Below, in pieces: positions 49,236 to 62,386 of a stretch of DNA of 64,000 nucleotides; position 1 is the first letter of the stretch, and every line of letters begins with the position of its first letter. The stretch covers positions 107,570,001 to 107,634,000 of the forward strand of contig OX597820.1 of NCBI GenBank assembly GCA_951406725.2, in the 5' to 3' direction. The notes beneath the pieces were generated by a model, which ran no database searches, was not told the origin of the DNA, and saw only the letters and a program-made list of their open reading frames with translations. Made by a program: the position numbers and the translations under genes. This DNA comes from Octopus vulgaris. Lineage: Eukaryota.

Positions 49236-50624
49236 ATGTAAGTTTACTATTCTTTGACACTCCTCCACAACTGTCTGCAGAGTTAAACTTTGGTCTGCTT
49301 GTTCAAGTTTTGTGAAAATTCTTGCACATATCTCTGCATCTTTGTTTGCTGTAAGCCCTTGCACAAAAATGAGGCACTTAAACATATCAGGAGTTCTAAC
49401 AATTTAAACCTTTCGCACATTTGGTTTACAGTCCTAGCATACATGACAAAGTCTTCATCCTCTTTTTTAACTAGATTCCAACACTCCCATCAAGTATTAA
49501 ATAGTCAAACTACTATCTTTGATAGTAGTTCGACTGTTTCCTGGAAACAAATTTCTCTAGATTTTTGGGGTTGTATGAAATTATAATATTTTTCATGTTC
49601 AGCCAGCACTAATTTATGTAATAATAGTCTTACTTTTTCATTGTCTGTCCACAACTTGCAATCTTCCCTGAAGATTTTGTATCTTCTAAAGTATACTGCA
49701 GACGTTATACCCTCCACTGGGTCATAACTGTATTCTGATATAGAGTTCAATATGCCATCAGGGGAAAAACAAACTTATAGTATTTCTGGACTTCTTCAGA
49801 CATAGCTGTATTAACTGTTGTTGTTTCTCTTGTTGCTGAAGTAGTTGTTTCTGCAACTCCTGTTGCTGTTTTTGCAACTATATTATGGAAGCTAATAAGT
49901 CTTCCATCATTAACAACTTTGTATCACAAAAATTTGTTAACTGACCTGTCTGAGCTTCGAATCCTTGTCACCAATATTGTTGTATTACCAATATTTACGA
50001 CGATACTTTTTTGCACTATAACAAAACATATAACGAAATAGAGTAACAACAATATAACAATCCAACAAACCCTCCACGAACTCTCCACGAACTCTCCACA
50101 AACTAGCAAATGATATTCTGACAAACTATCAAAACAACACCTTACGACTTCCTGCAATTAATGCCCACTCTGTCTCTCACTCAGACCACTACTATTTATA
50201 GTCGTTTGATCAAGTCTCTTCTCGCAGGGAGTGTCATGACTCATGCTGCAACAATTGCCTTACTGTTTCATTGTTTCACCCAACTGTGGTGTTTCACTGG
50301 ACACACCGTGGAATGTAACCTAATCTGAAAGTGCTGACGTATATGTGCGTAGATGAATGAATATGTGTATATGTACATGTATGTGTGTGTTTAAATGAAT
50401 GTAAAGGTGTATGTATATGCGTGTCTGCATGAGTCTAAATGTGTGTGCACATGCATATGTTTGTATCTAAAAGTATGTGTGTGTTTTTCTCTCTCTATAT
50501 ATATATATGGACATGTATATGATGTGTGTCTCTCTATAAAAACACATGTACATATACATATATACGTGAGGTCAAAAGTATACATAGCCACATTCAGTGG
50601 AGCAGATGACTATGCATGTATGTG

Positions 50625-52131
50625 TGGAGGTAGCAAGAGAATGTATCAGATAGCAAAAAGGGAAGCTAGGAGACAGGATTATATAGCCAAGGAAGTAACA
50701 GAAAAGAAGTTTGCCAATGTTCAGCAATGTGATGACCAAAGAACTGAAGTATTTCGGATTGCAAGACAGTGTATGAGAGAAAACCATGATGTCATAGGAG
50801 AGAAATGTGTCCGCATGGATGATGGTGCCCTCGTGTTTAATGATTCCGCAAAGAAAGAGGATTGGAGATGCTATTATGAAAGACTGCTGAATGTGGAGAA
50901 TGAATGGGATGTACAGAAGCAAAAACACTGAAGATGTACAGAAAACAGATTCCATCACATGCCAGGGGGAAAAACTAGAAGTAGTTAATAGCTTTCAGTA
51001 CCTAAGCAACCAAGTCTGTAGTGGAGGTGATTGCTCTGCTGGCAACTAAGGGCCTCTCACTCAGGATGGAAGGTAGATTGTATGATGCATGTGTGCAAAC
51101 AGCCATGCTACAGGGCAGTGAAACATGGGCCATGACTGCTGAGGACATGTGTAGGCTTGAAAGAAACGATGCTAGTATGATCAGCTGGATGTGTAATGTC
51201 AGTGCGCATACACAACAAAGTGTAAGCACCCTAAGAGAAAAGTTGGACATGAGAAGCATCAGATGTGGTGTGCAAGAGAGATGACCACGCTGGTATGTTC
51301 ATGTATTATGTATGGATGGGGACAGCTGTGTGAGGAAGTGCCACTCCCTAACTGTGGAAGGAACCTGTAGAAGAGGTAGACCCAGGAAAACATGGGATGA
51401 GGTGATGAAACATGACCTTTGAACATTGGGCTTCCCAGAGGCAATGACAGGAGACTGAGACCTTTGGAGATATGCTTTGATTGAGAAGACCTGGCAGCTA
51501 AAGTGAGATTACAACCATGGCCAATGCCAGTGTTGCATGTCTGGCCCATTTAAGAGTACCCTTGATGTGTCGAGCGATATGATATGCTTGAGAAGACGTG
51601 TTGAGTCAAGTAAAACCAAAATCGTAGCTGTAGCCAGTGCCCCCTGACTGGCTTCCATGTCAGTGGCACATGAAATGCATCATCCGAACATGGTCGATGC
51701 TAGTACCCCCAACTAGCTCCTATGCCAGTGGCACATAAAAAGTACCATCCAAACATAGCCGATGTCAGTACCTACTGTCCGGCTCCCATGCCAGTGGCAC
51801 ATAAAAAGCACAATCTGAATGTGATCAATACAAGAACTGCCTGACTGACCCCATGCCAGTGATATGTAAACAGTAGCATCCGTACTTGGCTGATGCCAGT
51901 ACACCCTGACTGGCTCCCATACCAGTGGCACATAAAAAGCACCATCCGAACATGGCCAATGCCAGTACCCCATGACTGGCTCCTGTGCCGGTGGCATGTA
52001 AAAAGCACCCACTACACTCTCGGAGTGGTTGGCGTTAGGAAGGGCATCCAGCTTCTGACTCTCCAGACCGCAGTCAAACCGTCCAACCCATACCAGCATG
52101 GAAAATGGACGTTATATGATGATGATGATGA
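50625..52131 (+). mobile_element. RTE-clade LINE, internally deleted, with tandem 3' UTR array
   Basis: EVFRIARQCMRENHDV and KGLSLRMEGRLYDACV. About 5.5 units of ~65 bp at 51641-52010, ending in (GAT)n. Confidence 0.88.
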
Positions 52132-53164
52132 TAATGTGTATGTACAAACATATACATAATTGTTTGTTGTAGTACTAGTGTGTACTCACATAATGATTAA
52201 TGCATGATCAAGCATATGTGCATATGTGACCTCACATGTGCACATATATGTATGTGTGTCTGTATGTGTGTGTGTGTGTGTGTGCATGTATATAAATGTA
52301 TCTATGTACATGTGGATGTGTTTGCAGCTATGCACCTGTTGATGTATATATCTATGTATGTATGTGAAATGGCACACATGCATGTATAAATGGGTTTGTG
52401 TGTGTACATATATGTGTATATAGGCATATGTTGGGATCTAGATGTGTGCCCAGTAGCAATTAAGTGTTATGACCTTACCACCATCCAGAAATATGTCTAG
52501 CCCACAGCATCATGCTTGACAAGGATGGCTAACTATCAAAGGATTTATTACCAGTAGCTAGTCTACAGATGCACTGGACAGACACTGACACACTTTATAG
52601 TGTGTTAAACTTTAATTAATTGCATGCTTTCTTTTCCCTTATTCTTTGTATTGTATTCTTTTTTAATTACTTCCTGTTTGTACTCATAGCTGAGGAACTT
52701 AATCTATTCTTTGCCATTCCTTCTCAATGTATTTTAGATATGACTATTATCAACATGCTCTAGTTAAGATTAAGAGTGAAATATTACTTACATGATGAGA
52801 AAATAATTTACATCACCTGATGAGATGCTTCTGCACCATAGGAGGCATCATAATTCATTTTATAGTTTCTCACCCATGAGGGAGTGATGCAGGATGTGTT
52901 GAAATGAGCATTGTGATAAATAAAGTTTCCAGTATACTCTATTTTCTGTATCCATTGTTTCTACTATACTCAATGTGCACTGAAGAATTCCTGACATAGA
53001 TCCAGTAATGATTGTTCAGTTACTGTGGATGATGCCAGGTAGCCATAGGCAGCGAACATACTTTGTTGGCATTCTACGAGGGACATACCCAACATACAAA
53101 GTTTAAATTTTAAAATTAAATTTAAATTTAAATTTTAAAATATATATGTATGTGTGTATATATA

Positions 53165-55040
53165 TCATCATCATTGTTTAACGTCCGTTCTCCATGCTAG
53201 CATGGGTTGGACAGTTCGACCGGGGATCTGGGAAGCCAGAAGGCTGCACCAGGCTCCAGTCTTATCTGGCAATGTTTCTACAGCTGGATGCCCTTCCTAA
53301 CACCAACCACTCTGTGAGTGTAGTGGGTGCTTTTTACGTGCCACCTGCACAGGTGCCAGGCGAGGCTGGCAACGGCCACGAGTCGGATTGGTGTATTTTA
53401 TGTGCCACCGGCACGGAAGCCAGTCGAGGCGGTGCTGGCATCGGCCACGAGTTGGATAGTGCTTTTTACGTACCACCAGACCAGGGATCCTGGCTGGTTC
53501 AATTCGATTTCGATTTCGCTTTCGCTTGCCCCAACATGTCTTCGCAAGCAAAGGGGGTTGGCATGGGTGCCTGTCGTCGGATGAGGTTCTATATCGACTT
53601 CGCTTGCCTCAACATGTCTTTGTGTCCAAGGGAGGAAAGGCACACATAAGTGGGCTGGGCTCACTTGTCCTGCCTGGTCTTCTCATGTACAGAATATTTC
53701 CAAAGGTCTCGGTCGCTGGTCATTTCCTCAGTGAGGCCTAAAGTTCGAAGGTCGTGCTTCACCACCTCGTCCCAGGTTTTCCTGGGTCTACCTCTTCCAC
53801 GGGTTCCCTCAACTGCTAGGGATTGGCACTTTCTCACACACCTATCTTCAACCATTCTCGCCACATGACCATACCAGCGCAATCGTCTCTCTTGCACACC
53901 ACAACTGATGCTTCTTAGGTACAACATTTCTCTCAAGGTACTAACGCTCTGTCGAGTATGTACACTGACATTACACATCCATCGGAGCATACTGGCTTCA
54001 TTCCTCACGAGCTTATGCATATCCTCAGCAGTCACAGCCCATGTTTCACTGCCATGTAGCATGGCTGTTCGTACACATGCATCATACAGTCTGCCTTTTA
54101 CTCTGAGCGAGAGGCCTTTAGTCACCAGCAGAGGTAAGAGCTCCCTAAACTTTGCCCAGGCTATTCTTATTCTAGCAGTTACACTTTCAGCGCACCCACC
54201 CCCACTACTGACTTGGTCACCTAGATAACGGAAGCTATCAACTACTTCTAGTTTTTCCCCCTGGAAAGTGACGGAAGTTGTTTTCTGCAGATTTTCGGAG
54301 GTTAATGCTCCCGAGCATCTGCCACATACAAAAACTATCTTCCCAGTTAGCCTACCTTTGACATTGCTGCACCTCTTATGTGTCCATAGCTTACACTGGG
54401 TACATCTTATAGAGTTTCTACCTACACCTTTTCTACAGATCGAGCAGGGCCATCTCCCTGAAGATATTTGTGGATTGTCTACCTTCCTACTTATTAGTAC
54501 TTTGGTTGACTCTAAGGCCCCTCGATTCTAAACCCTCCTTCCACACCTGGAACTTCTCCTCCAGTTCTGATAGTGACTCAGCAATTAGAGCAAGGTCGTC
54601 AGCGTAGAGGAGCTCCCAGGGGCAACCTGTCTTGAATTCCTCCGTTATTGCCTGGAGGACTATGATAAATAGGAGGGGGCTGAGTACTGAACCCTGGTGG
54701 ACCTAAAACCTCTACTTTGAATTCTTCTGTGTACATGTTGCCAACCCTAACCTTACTTACGGTATCTCTGTACATGGCTTGCACAGCCCTCACCAGCCAT
54801 TCATCTATCCCTAGTTTCCTCATTGACCACCAGATAAGGGATCGAGGGACCCTATCAAAAGCTTTCGCCATGTCAACAAAAGCCAGGTCCAGGGGCTTAT
54901 CTTTGGCTAGGTATTTCTCCTGCAGCTGCCTTACCAGGAATATAGCATCAGTGGTACTTTTCCCTGGCACGAACCCAAACTGCATCTCATCTAAACTAAC
55001 TCTCTCTCTAATTAGTTGGGCAATGACCCTCTCCGTAACC
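53165..55040 (-). mobile_element. RTE-clade LINE, 5'-truncated, best-preserved copy
   Basis: QFGFVPGKSTTDAIF, AFDRVPR, LLYADD, C4HC3 finger and RRLRWYGHVARM. Flanked by (TA)n. Confidence 0.92.
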
Positions 55041-55062
55041 TATATATATATATATATATATA

Positions 55063-55241
55063 TTGTTTAGCCCCAGGAGACATCGTCTCCAGCTGGCTAT
55101 ATGACTCACAATCTGTGTCCTTATATTTTCAAGCAGGGGAGTTTAGCATCCCCACCCAGCACAATACTGCTGTTCAAAAATATAAGGACACAGATTGTGT
55201 TGTATAGCCAGCCAGAGATGATGTCTCCTGGGGCTAAACAA
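55063..55241. mobile_element. Fold-back MITE-like palindrome
   Basis: Arms of ~65 bp: ttgtttagccccaggagacatc...acaatctgtgtccttatatttt / aaaatataaggacacagattgt...gatgtctcctggggctaaacaa. Confidence 0.8.
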
Positions 55242-55934
55242 CAGTAGCATTTGTCTCAACCGGGACTGCCACATTAGGTTGGCAAATAACCATTACTTTT
55301 TACGTAAGCTTGGTTTCACCCAGTCGGTTTGGATGATGTGGCTGTAAAACCTGCTCTGTGTAAGCATTTGACTTGTTTGGGCACTCTTACGTTAAAAAAA
55401 TTTAAGAATGACTTTTTTCTGTCAGAATGCTAAAAATAACTGACCGACAAAAAAACAACCAAGATTCAACTAAATCAAAAAATAAAACCAAGTACTAAGC
55501 AAACAAAGATGAATCCCCCCACTTCCATTTCATGCACACGCACACATACACACAAACATGCACATACACACACATTCACGTTCCCCCCTTTTACATACAC
55601 ACACACATATTCACACAGAGTTGAAACGCTGTTTAATTTATTTATTTCAGCATACAATTTTCATCATCCCACTATCAAGTATGACATCACCCCTTCCTTC
55701 CTTATTCATCTATCACCTCTTCCTTTTTCATTCATAAACACAAGAGTATTATTATAGTAGATTATCTCGGTAACCATGGGAGCTATGAAAAAATACAAAG
55801 CCCAACAACACCATCGGCTCATTCTCCACATCTGTGTAATTTTTCACGCAATTCCACCCAGTCATTTGACCAAGAATCCCAAGACAAGAAAGAATCGCCC
55901 ATGTCAAATTTATATGTATACACATATACATACA

Positions 55935-56699
55935 TGCACATACACTCTTCTATTAATGAAATTGTGTTTAATAAGGCCCTAATATATGCAATGAATAAGG
56001 TAGGAATGACTTTTGATGAAGTTAGTGTAATTAAAATGGCTAGGAAATCGTTTATTAGATATAATAATAAATTATGGACTAGGAAGGATACTAGGGACTA
56101 TTTTGATAAACCTATGGGGGCACCCAATTCTGCACAAGCTAAGGATTTAGTAGGTATTTATTTATTATCTGAAATTCAATTAGAAAATCTAAAATTAGAG
56201 GGTGGTTTATATAGGGATGACCTTTTACTAATTACTAAGAATTGCACTAATAGAAAACTAGAATTATATAAGAAGAAACTATATAGTTTCTTTAAAAGAT
56301 ATGGTTTAAGTATTACTAAATTATAAGGAGAATTATAATGTAAATTATTTAGATGTTAATTTTAATTTAATAACGGGTAAAACCCAACCATATCATAAAT
56401 TTAATGAAAACCTTAGATATATAAATGCTAATAGTAATCACTCACCATCAATTACTAAATCGTTGATAAATAATATTAGTAAACGAATATCATTACTTTA
56501 TTATGATTTAGAGATTTTCAATAAACATGCACCTTGTTATAATGAAGCCCGCCGAGAGGCAGGATATAATAATAATATTAAATTCTTTAATAACAATATT
56601 AATAATAATTATAATAATCAAAATAGTAATAATAGTAGTAGTAGTAGTAGTAATAATAATAATAATAATAATAATAGTATTGATAATAATAATAATTAA
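55935..56699 (+). mobile_element. Naiad-type Penelope-like element, RT part (left of the Tx1 insertion)
   Basis: ARKSF...FDKPMGAPNSAQAKDLVGIYLL...GGLYRDD, NYLDVNFNL, YINANSNHSPSI and SKRIS. Very AT-rich. Confidence 0.8.
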
Positions 56700-59600
56700 T
56701 TCTTTTTATTGGCCACAAGGGCTGACACACATGATTAGTAAACATAAAGGGACAAAACAAGACGAAAGGTTACAAAGGGTTTTGTCCGTTTTTGAAAAAA
56801 TTCGAGTAAAAACTGTTTAACAATGAAAGATTGTAACAATGAAAAACTCCCAATAGGGGGAGGCGCTTCGAAAGGTTCCTGGTGGAAAAAACCCCATAAA
56901 AGCCAACGGGAGCCTGGTCAAAACGGGGGTAGAGAGCCCCTTTCTCCTTTTATAAAACCTTTTTCAATTACAGGCAAAACCTGAGAATTGGTCCATTTAT
57001 ACTGGCCATTCTCGCACAATTCACCCACCTTTCAGAAAACTTGCTATCGGACAGCACTCTCCTCTCTAACCTCATCTTCCTTTTCAAGTGAAACTTGAAA
57101 AAGTTGATGAGGCCTTGACCAAAGAGGAAAGTGTCTGACTTTAGCCCTTTCAAACGGGTCCACCATACAATCTCTTTCGCCACAGCCACTAGGCACAGGA
57201 AAACGGCCTCCCCCTCCTTGTTAAAGGAGGTCGGCGGGGCAATCTTCACTATGGATTCGGCTGATAGCCGGATCCGTCCTATACGCGACAGTAGCTGTTC
57301 GACATAAACCCATAGTTCAGCAATACTCGGGCATTGGACAAGTGCGTGCAGAACGGTTTCGTCGTCCTGGCAACACCTTGGTCATGCCCGGCTGACGGCA
57401 CTTCCGTGCCAGTAGAGTTTATCCCGAACAGGCAGAGCCCCTCAGTAGCACTGCCAGGCGAGCGACCTCTGGAAATTATCCATTGGCTCCAGCCCGAAAG
57501 TCCTTCCGAACAGACCGCTCAGTTCGTTATCATCAACGCCTAGAGTTTTCCCGAGAACGTCGTCGCATTTTTCCTCCACTAACCCTCTATAGAACGCTAG
57601 AGTGGAACTAAAACCGATCACATTGCCCGCCTGGCGGAGGGCGGAGAGAGCTTGACGGCACTCGAGGTGCCAAGCGCCCTTTCTCGGTCTACGTTTGATC
57701 CAGGTCTGCAGCTCTGTCAAAGAGACGAGCTGCGGAAAGTCGCGTCTGACAAAAGACGACCACACCTGATCACCATCTAGGAAACGCTTGAGATGTCGCA
57801 GCCTGAGCGCATGTCTGTGCATCAGTAACCACGGCATGCCAAGGCCTCCGTTCAGCGGTCGTTGACAGCAGATGGATCGCCTGACCAGTGGCACCTGACC
57901 CTTCCACAAAAAGTCGAAGAGCAGGCGTACCAGCTTGGCCAACCAGCGGTTGGGACAAGGGACGATGGTCAAGCGGTAATAGATGACGGATGCGATGTAT
58001 GCATTCGCCACCTCCGCTCGACCTTTCAGAGACAGCTTCCTCTCGGCTCATTTCTGGGTGAGACGTGCCACCCTGCTCGTCACTTCTTCCCAGTTTTTAT
58101 TCACCTGGAGGTCCGGACCGAACCAGATCCCGAGCAGTTTAACGGGTCCGTCTGTCCAGCGCCCTATGACGCTGTTGGACGGCATGGGCTTGCCTCTCCA
58201 GGTGCCCAGTTGCAAGCCCACAGACTTTTCCGCATTAATCTTTGCTCCTGTCACCACTTCGTACTCGTTTAGTGTCTCGCCAATCAGGCTAATGTGCCAT
58301 CACGGTGACGTCGTCGGCATAGGCAGACATGCTGTTCCCGCCTCCTAGATCGCGCGCGATACCCCTCAAAGCCTCCAACTTGCGCAGTAATGGCTCGAGA
58401 GTCAATATGTACAAGAGGGAGGGCATCCTTGGCGGACCGAACGCGAGATGTCAAACGGTTCCGAAAGGTGACCGTTCACCCATATCACCAAGCAGATGTT
58501 GCTGTATAAAGCAGCGATCCATCCGCGGAAGACTGGACCGAAGCCGGCTGCCTTGAGAACAGCTGCCAGGTACCGATGGTCGACCCTATAGAAGGCTTTA
58601 CTCTGATCTAAGTTGATCAAAGCCCCACCCGCGCCAGCGTCGTTACCCACCCTCTCTATGATGTAGCGCATGAGATGGAGGTTGTCGTGTATCGACCTGG
58701 TTGGCACGGTGCATGTCTGCGTCTTGCCGACCAGCTTGTCCACAACAAGCGCCAATCTCTTGGCTAGCACCTTGGTCAAAATCTTCAACTCTGCATTGAG
58801 CAGAGTGATGGGCTGAAAATTCCCTATAATGTCCCCCTTGTTTGGGTCCTTTTTTAGCAAAGCCACCATCCCTCGACAGACAAAAGCAGGAATTCTCCCA
58901 TTTTGCTGCCAGTTGCAGTAGACGTTTGCCAACAGGCCCGCAAACAAGTCTGGCATTGAAGTGTAAAGCTCGTAGGACAGACCATCCAAACCCGGCGATC
59001 TACCTCTCGTGCAACTCTTCATTGCTTCCTCCACTTCCCAGGCAGATATCGGTCCTTCGCAGCACTCTGCCTCGCTGTCCGAGTGTTGCGGTAGGCCGTC
59101 CAGGTACACACCGAAGTCTGCACCAGTGTGCGTTCCACTGCACGTCCCAAACAGTTGAGCAAAGTGCTGCTGAAACACCGTACACATCTGCTTCGGTTCG
59201 GTAACCTCGCGCCTGTTCTGGTCCACCAAAGACCGAATGGTTGCTTTGTTGCCTCGCTTCGCCTCCGCCACGCGGGCCCATCGAGCGGCTCTAGTCCCCT
59301 CCCCGTTTAGCAAACGTGCCTTAGCTCTGACAACGCAGCCTTCGTATTTGGCGTCAAAGTGTTGGTCGAGAGCCAACCTTGCCGCCAACACGTTGGTCGC
59401 GATGCCAGTCTCAAGAGCCTCGTCTAGTTTCTTAACTAAATCCCGCTCTCTCTTCCTATGTTCAATAGCTAGAGTCTTACTAAACCTAATCGACTCTACT
59501 CTAATTGCTTTCTTGAGGGTAAACCACCAGTTGTTGTTGATGATTGCCCCCGTGAGCGCCCGCTTAACTAGTAAACTAATCCAGTCTCTGTAAGCTTTGC

Positions 59601-62191
59601 ACGCCGTTAACGACGCGTTCAGCTTCTAGTATCCGGGTCCCTGTCTATGTAGCCTATCTAAGTCGACCGTACAGATCACGAATTTGTGGTCCGTGTAGTC
59701 GACTATGTGGAATTGTGGACACCCTATGCTGTCCTTATCCACTGGTCTCTAAGTACGATCTAGACGACCCAATGCGATTGGTCCAAGTCCACATTGGCAC
59801 ATTCAGGTTGTCTAGTCGAAACCTGTCGGACAGCTGAAAGCGTCCGAATAGGTTGGCGAGGCTCTTGCACCCTTCTCTTCTATCAGACGCTCCCCTGCCC
59901 ACTCGATCGAAACGTTCGTCTAAGACAGCGTTCCAATTCCCAACTAGCACTAGAGTGCATGACGTTCCCAGGAAAACTTCCAGACGTTTGAAATAATCTG
60001 ACTGCCCTGCTCCTGTCGGAGCGTAGGCAGCCAGCAGTCTGAAAGCACCGCCGTCACTACCGTCTACGTCGAGGACCACCAACTTACCTCCCGGATCCAG
60101 GAAGACTGTCCTTATTTTCAAGTCCAGGCCCTTCCGAAACAACACCGCAGTACCACCACCCCCGCTCCTGGCCGACACGGAGATAGAAATATCTCGTATC
60201 CGCCGAAAAGGGCTGCGAGTTCCTGTGGGTCGGAGAGCCTGGTTTCAGTGATGGCTGCTACATCCACATCATGAAACCTCAGGTTGTTTAACTGGTGACC
60301 CTGTTTCCAAGGTGACCCGAGGCCTCTCACATTCAAGCAACCGATTCTAAGTTTTGCCATGTTTCAAAGGTGGGGAAAAAATATAAAAGGAGAAAAAGGC
60401 TCTACTTACTGTTGTTGGTGGTGGGGGTGGCTCCTTTGTGCTTTTGCACGGGTGCTTCAATTATATTTTTATATAGTTTCTTTGAGAAACTTTTCCCTAG
60501 CGATCCGACATCGTTAGGGAATATTTGTTTTATATCACTATATGTTTTTTGATTGATTTTTATTGTGAGAATGTGTGCTGGTGGTGTGTTGTGTGTTGGT
60601 ATAATGAAATCTTCAATTTGTGTACTTCTTTGGCTTTTAGATATGTAACTAGTTTTTCATTTTTTGTGTTTATTGCAGTAATCGTGTCTGTTGGTGTTGG
60701 TGTGTGTGGCAGTGGTAGTAGTGGTGTCGAAAGTGTTGTTGTTGTTTGTTGTTGTGAGTGTGTGTTGTTGTTGTTGTTGTTGATGTTGGGAAGCACTATT
60801 TGTTCGTGCTTCCCCTGTGTGTCCTTTTGTTTTTTCCTCCTTTTCTTTTTTGGAGGCACTGTGTGCCATTCCTCTTTCTCGGCATCAGTGCTCGCACAAT
60901 CCAAGCTGTCCTGATCTGGAAGGGGGATGGCTGTCGGGTCCGCTTCATCAGCAGGGCAAAAGATTTTTGTTGGTTCTGCTAGTAGCGGTGGTGTTGCTGT
61001 GTCTATTGGTGATGATGACGCTGTTGGTGTTTCTCCTTGTTTTTTGTTGTTGTTTTTCTTGGTGCAGAAGTTGGTGTTGGTTTGGTGGTTGTTGTTGGAG
61101 GTGGTGTCGTTCGTCGTGGTGGTGGTGATGGTGTTGGTGGTGTGGCAGTCTTTGGTGTATCTTGCTGTTGTTGTTTCTGTTGTTGTTTCTGTTGTTGTTG
61201 TTGTTGTTGTTGTTGTTGCTGCTGCTGCCTCTTACCGTTTGCCTCCATTCTTTTCTTGTAAATGGGGCAGTCCCTTTTTAGGTGGCTTTCGCTGCTGCAG
61301 AGGTAACATTTTGGCTTTCGCCTCTCCACAGCAACGTGTAGCCTGGTGCCGTCCGGCAAGTTAACGGAATCTGGGATGGTATGAATATTTTCCTGTTGAA
61401 TCTGCACCAGGAGCAGCACTCCCATTCCTAACCAGTTCTTTTCCTTCACTCTCCGTACATCTCGAATAGTGGCAGTGTCCTCTATGTCATAGAGGACAGC
61501 TGCCACCAGCCATGATATATGGTTCGGGGGGGACGAGGTCGATTTTTATTTTCGTTACTCTCCGCCCAAGGTGGTTTGGGACGAGTAACAAATTTTTGGT
61601 TTGCAAGGGCGAAATGGCATGCGCCCTTGCTTCCTCCTCCGTTTGGAAACGAACCTCTACGGTTCCAAAACGCTTCCTCTTGGTTACGTAGCTCTTTTTG
61701 TCCCAAATGGGCTTCAGAGCTATTTTCAATTGTTGGGGTGTGGCGTTTGTTAGTTTTTTACATTTTTTGTCGAAAATTTTGTAGGTGATTGTTTTTTTAT
61801 TTGTTTCATCAATCACTTCTTGTGGAGTATTGAGGAAAATGCTATTGCCTTCTTTCCTCAATAACTTCTTTGCTTTTTTAATGTCCTGTATCGTGACTTT
61901 TATTTCATCCGAAACCTGCTTCGCAGCAGAAGCAAAATCGTTGGAATTTTCTTCACTTTTTTTTTCGTGCTTGTGTCTATGTTAGTCATAGCTTTCCGGT
62001 ATCATAGCATTGGTGGAGGGCAGAGGAGGGAAATCTTCAATGACGTCGAAAGTGACGTCCTGGTTTTCTTTCTCCTTTCGAACGGTGCACGTGCTTTCAG
62101 CTTTGGAAGGAGGATCTTTGTTGCTTTTTATGGCACAAAGTGGGCAGTTTGGAAAAGTTTTTGACAATGTGTGTGTTTGCAGAGGGTGTGG
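56700..62191 (-). mobile_element. Tx1/L1-clade LINE, near full length, frameshifted
   Basis: ORF1 with CYLCSSESHLKRDC knuckle and polyQ. ORF2 from 60360: APE LNVRGL, RT SPGLDGL, QPITLLN, VRQGCP, WKGQ and a C-terminal region ending at 56968. AATAAA tail near 56705. Confidence 0.92.
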
Positions 62192-62354
62192 TAATAACAA
62201 CAACAATAATAATAATAATAACAACAACAACAACAATATAAATAAAAATAAAAATAAAAACAGAAATAAGACTAATTTTAATTTTAATTTTAATTCAATA
62301 AATGATAATAATAATTTTAATAATATTAAAAATAAAAAAAATAAAATAATAATA

Positions 62355-62386
<32 letters not shown>

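Larger units (their letters stand above)
43484..50253 (-). mobile_element. Degenerate Gypsy LTR retrotransposon split by nested insertions
   Basis: TGTTG...CAACA LTR-like ends at 43484-43709 and 49978-50253, and a TGG-type PBS (tggtgacaaggat) on the minus strand next to the right LTR. Gag (49101-49750, CYGCGALH..DC), RT PFGLKVTPAIFQ, RNase H IEKETLAIIF, and integrase tail GKSPTELMF at ~44430-44540. Confidence 0.8.

Noticed and set aside
51641-52010. CRISPR-like appearance of the repeat array
   Set aside because: The inter-core segments are homologous to each other rather than unique spacers, there are no cas genes, and the array is part of a eukaryotic LINE 3' UTR.
52817-52856. CTGATGA followed by a 9-bp stem
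   Set aside because: It is followed by ATAA rather than GAAA and lacks a convincing stem I. At best a dead hammerhead.
61003-61506. PolyQ ORF as a host gene
   Set aside because: It carries a CCHC knuckle and lies upstream of the Tx1 ORF2 on the same strand, so it is LINE ORF1.
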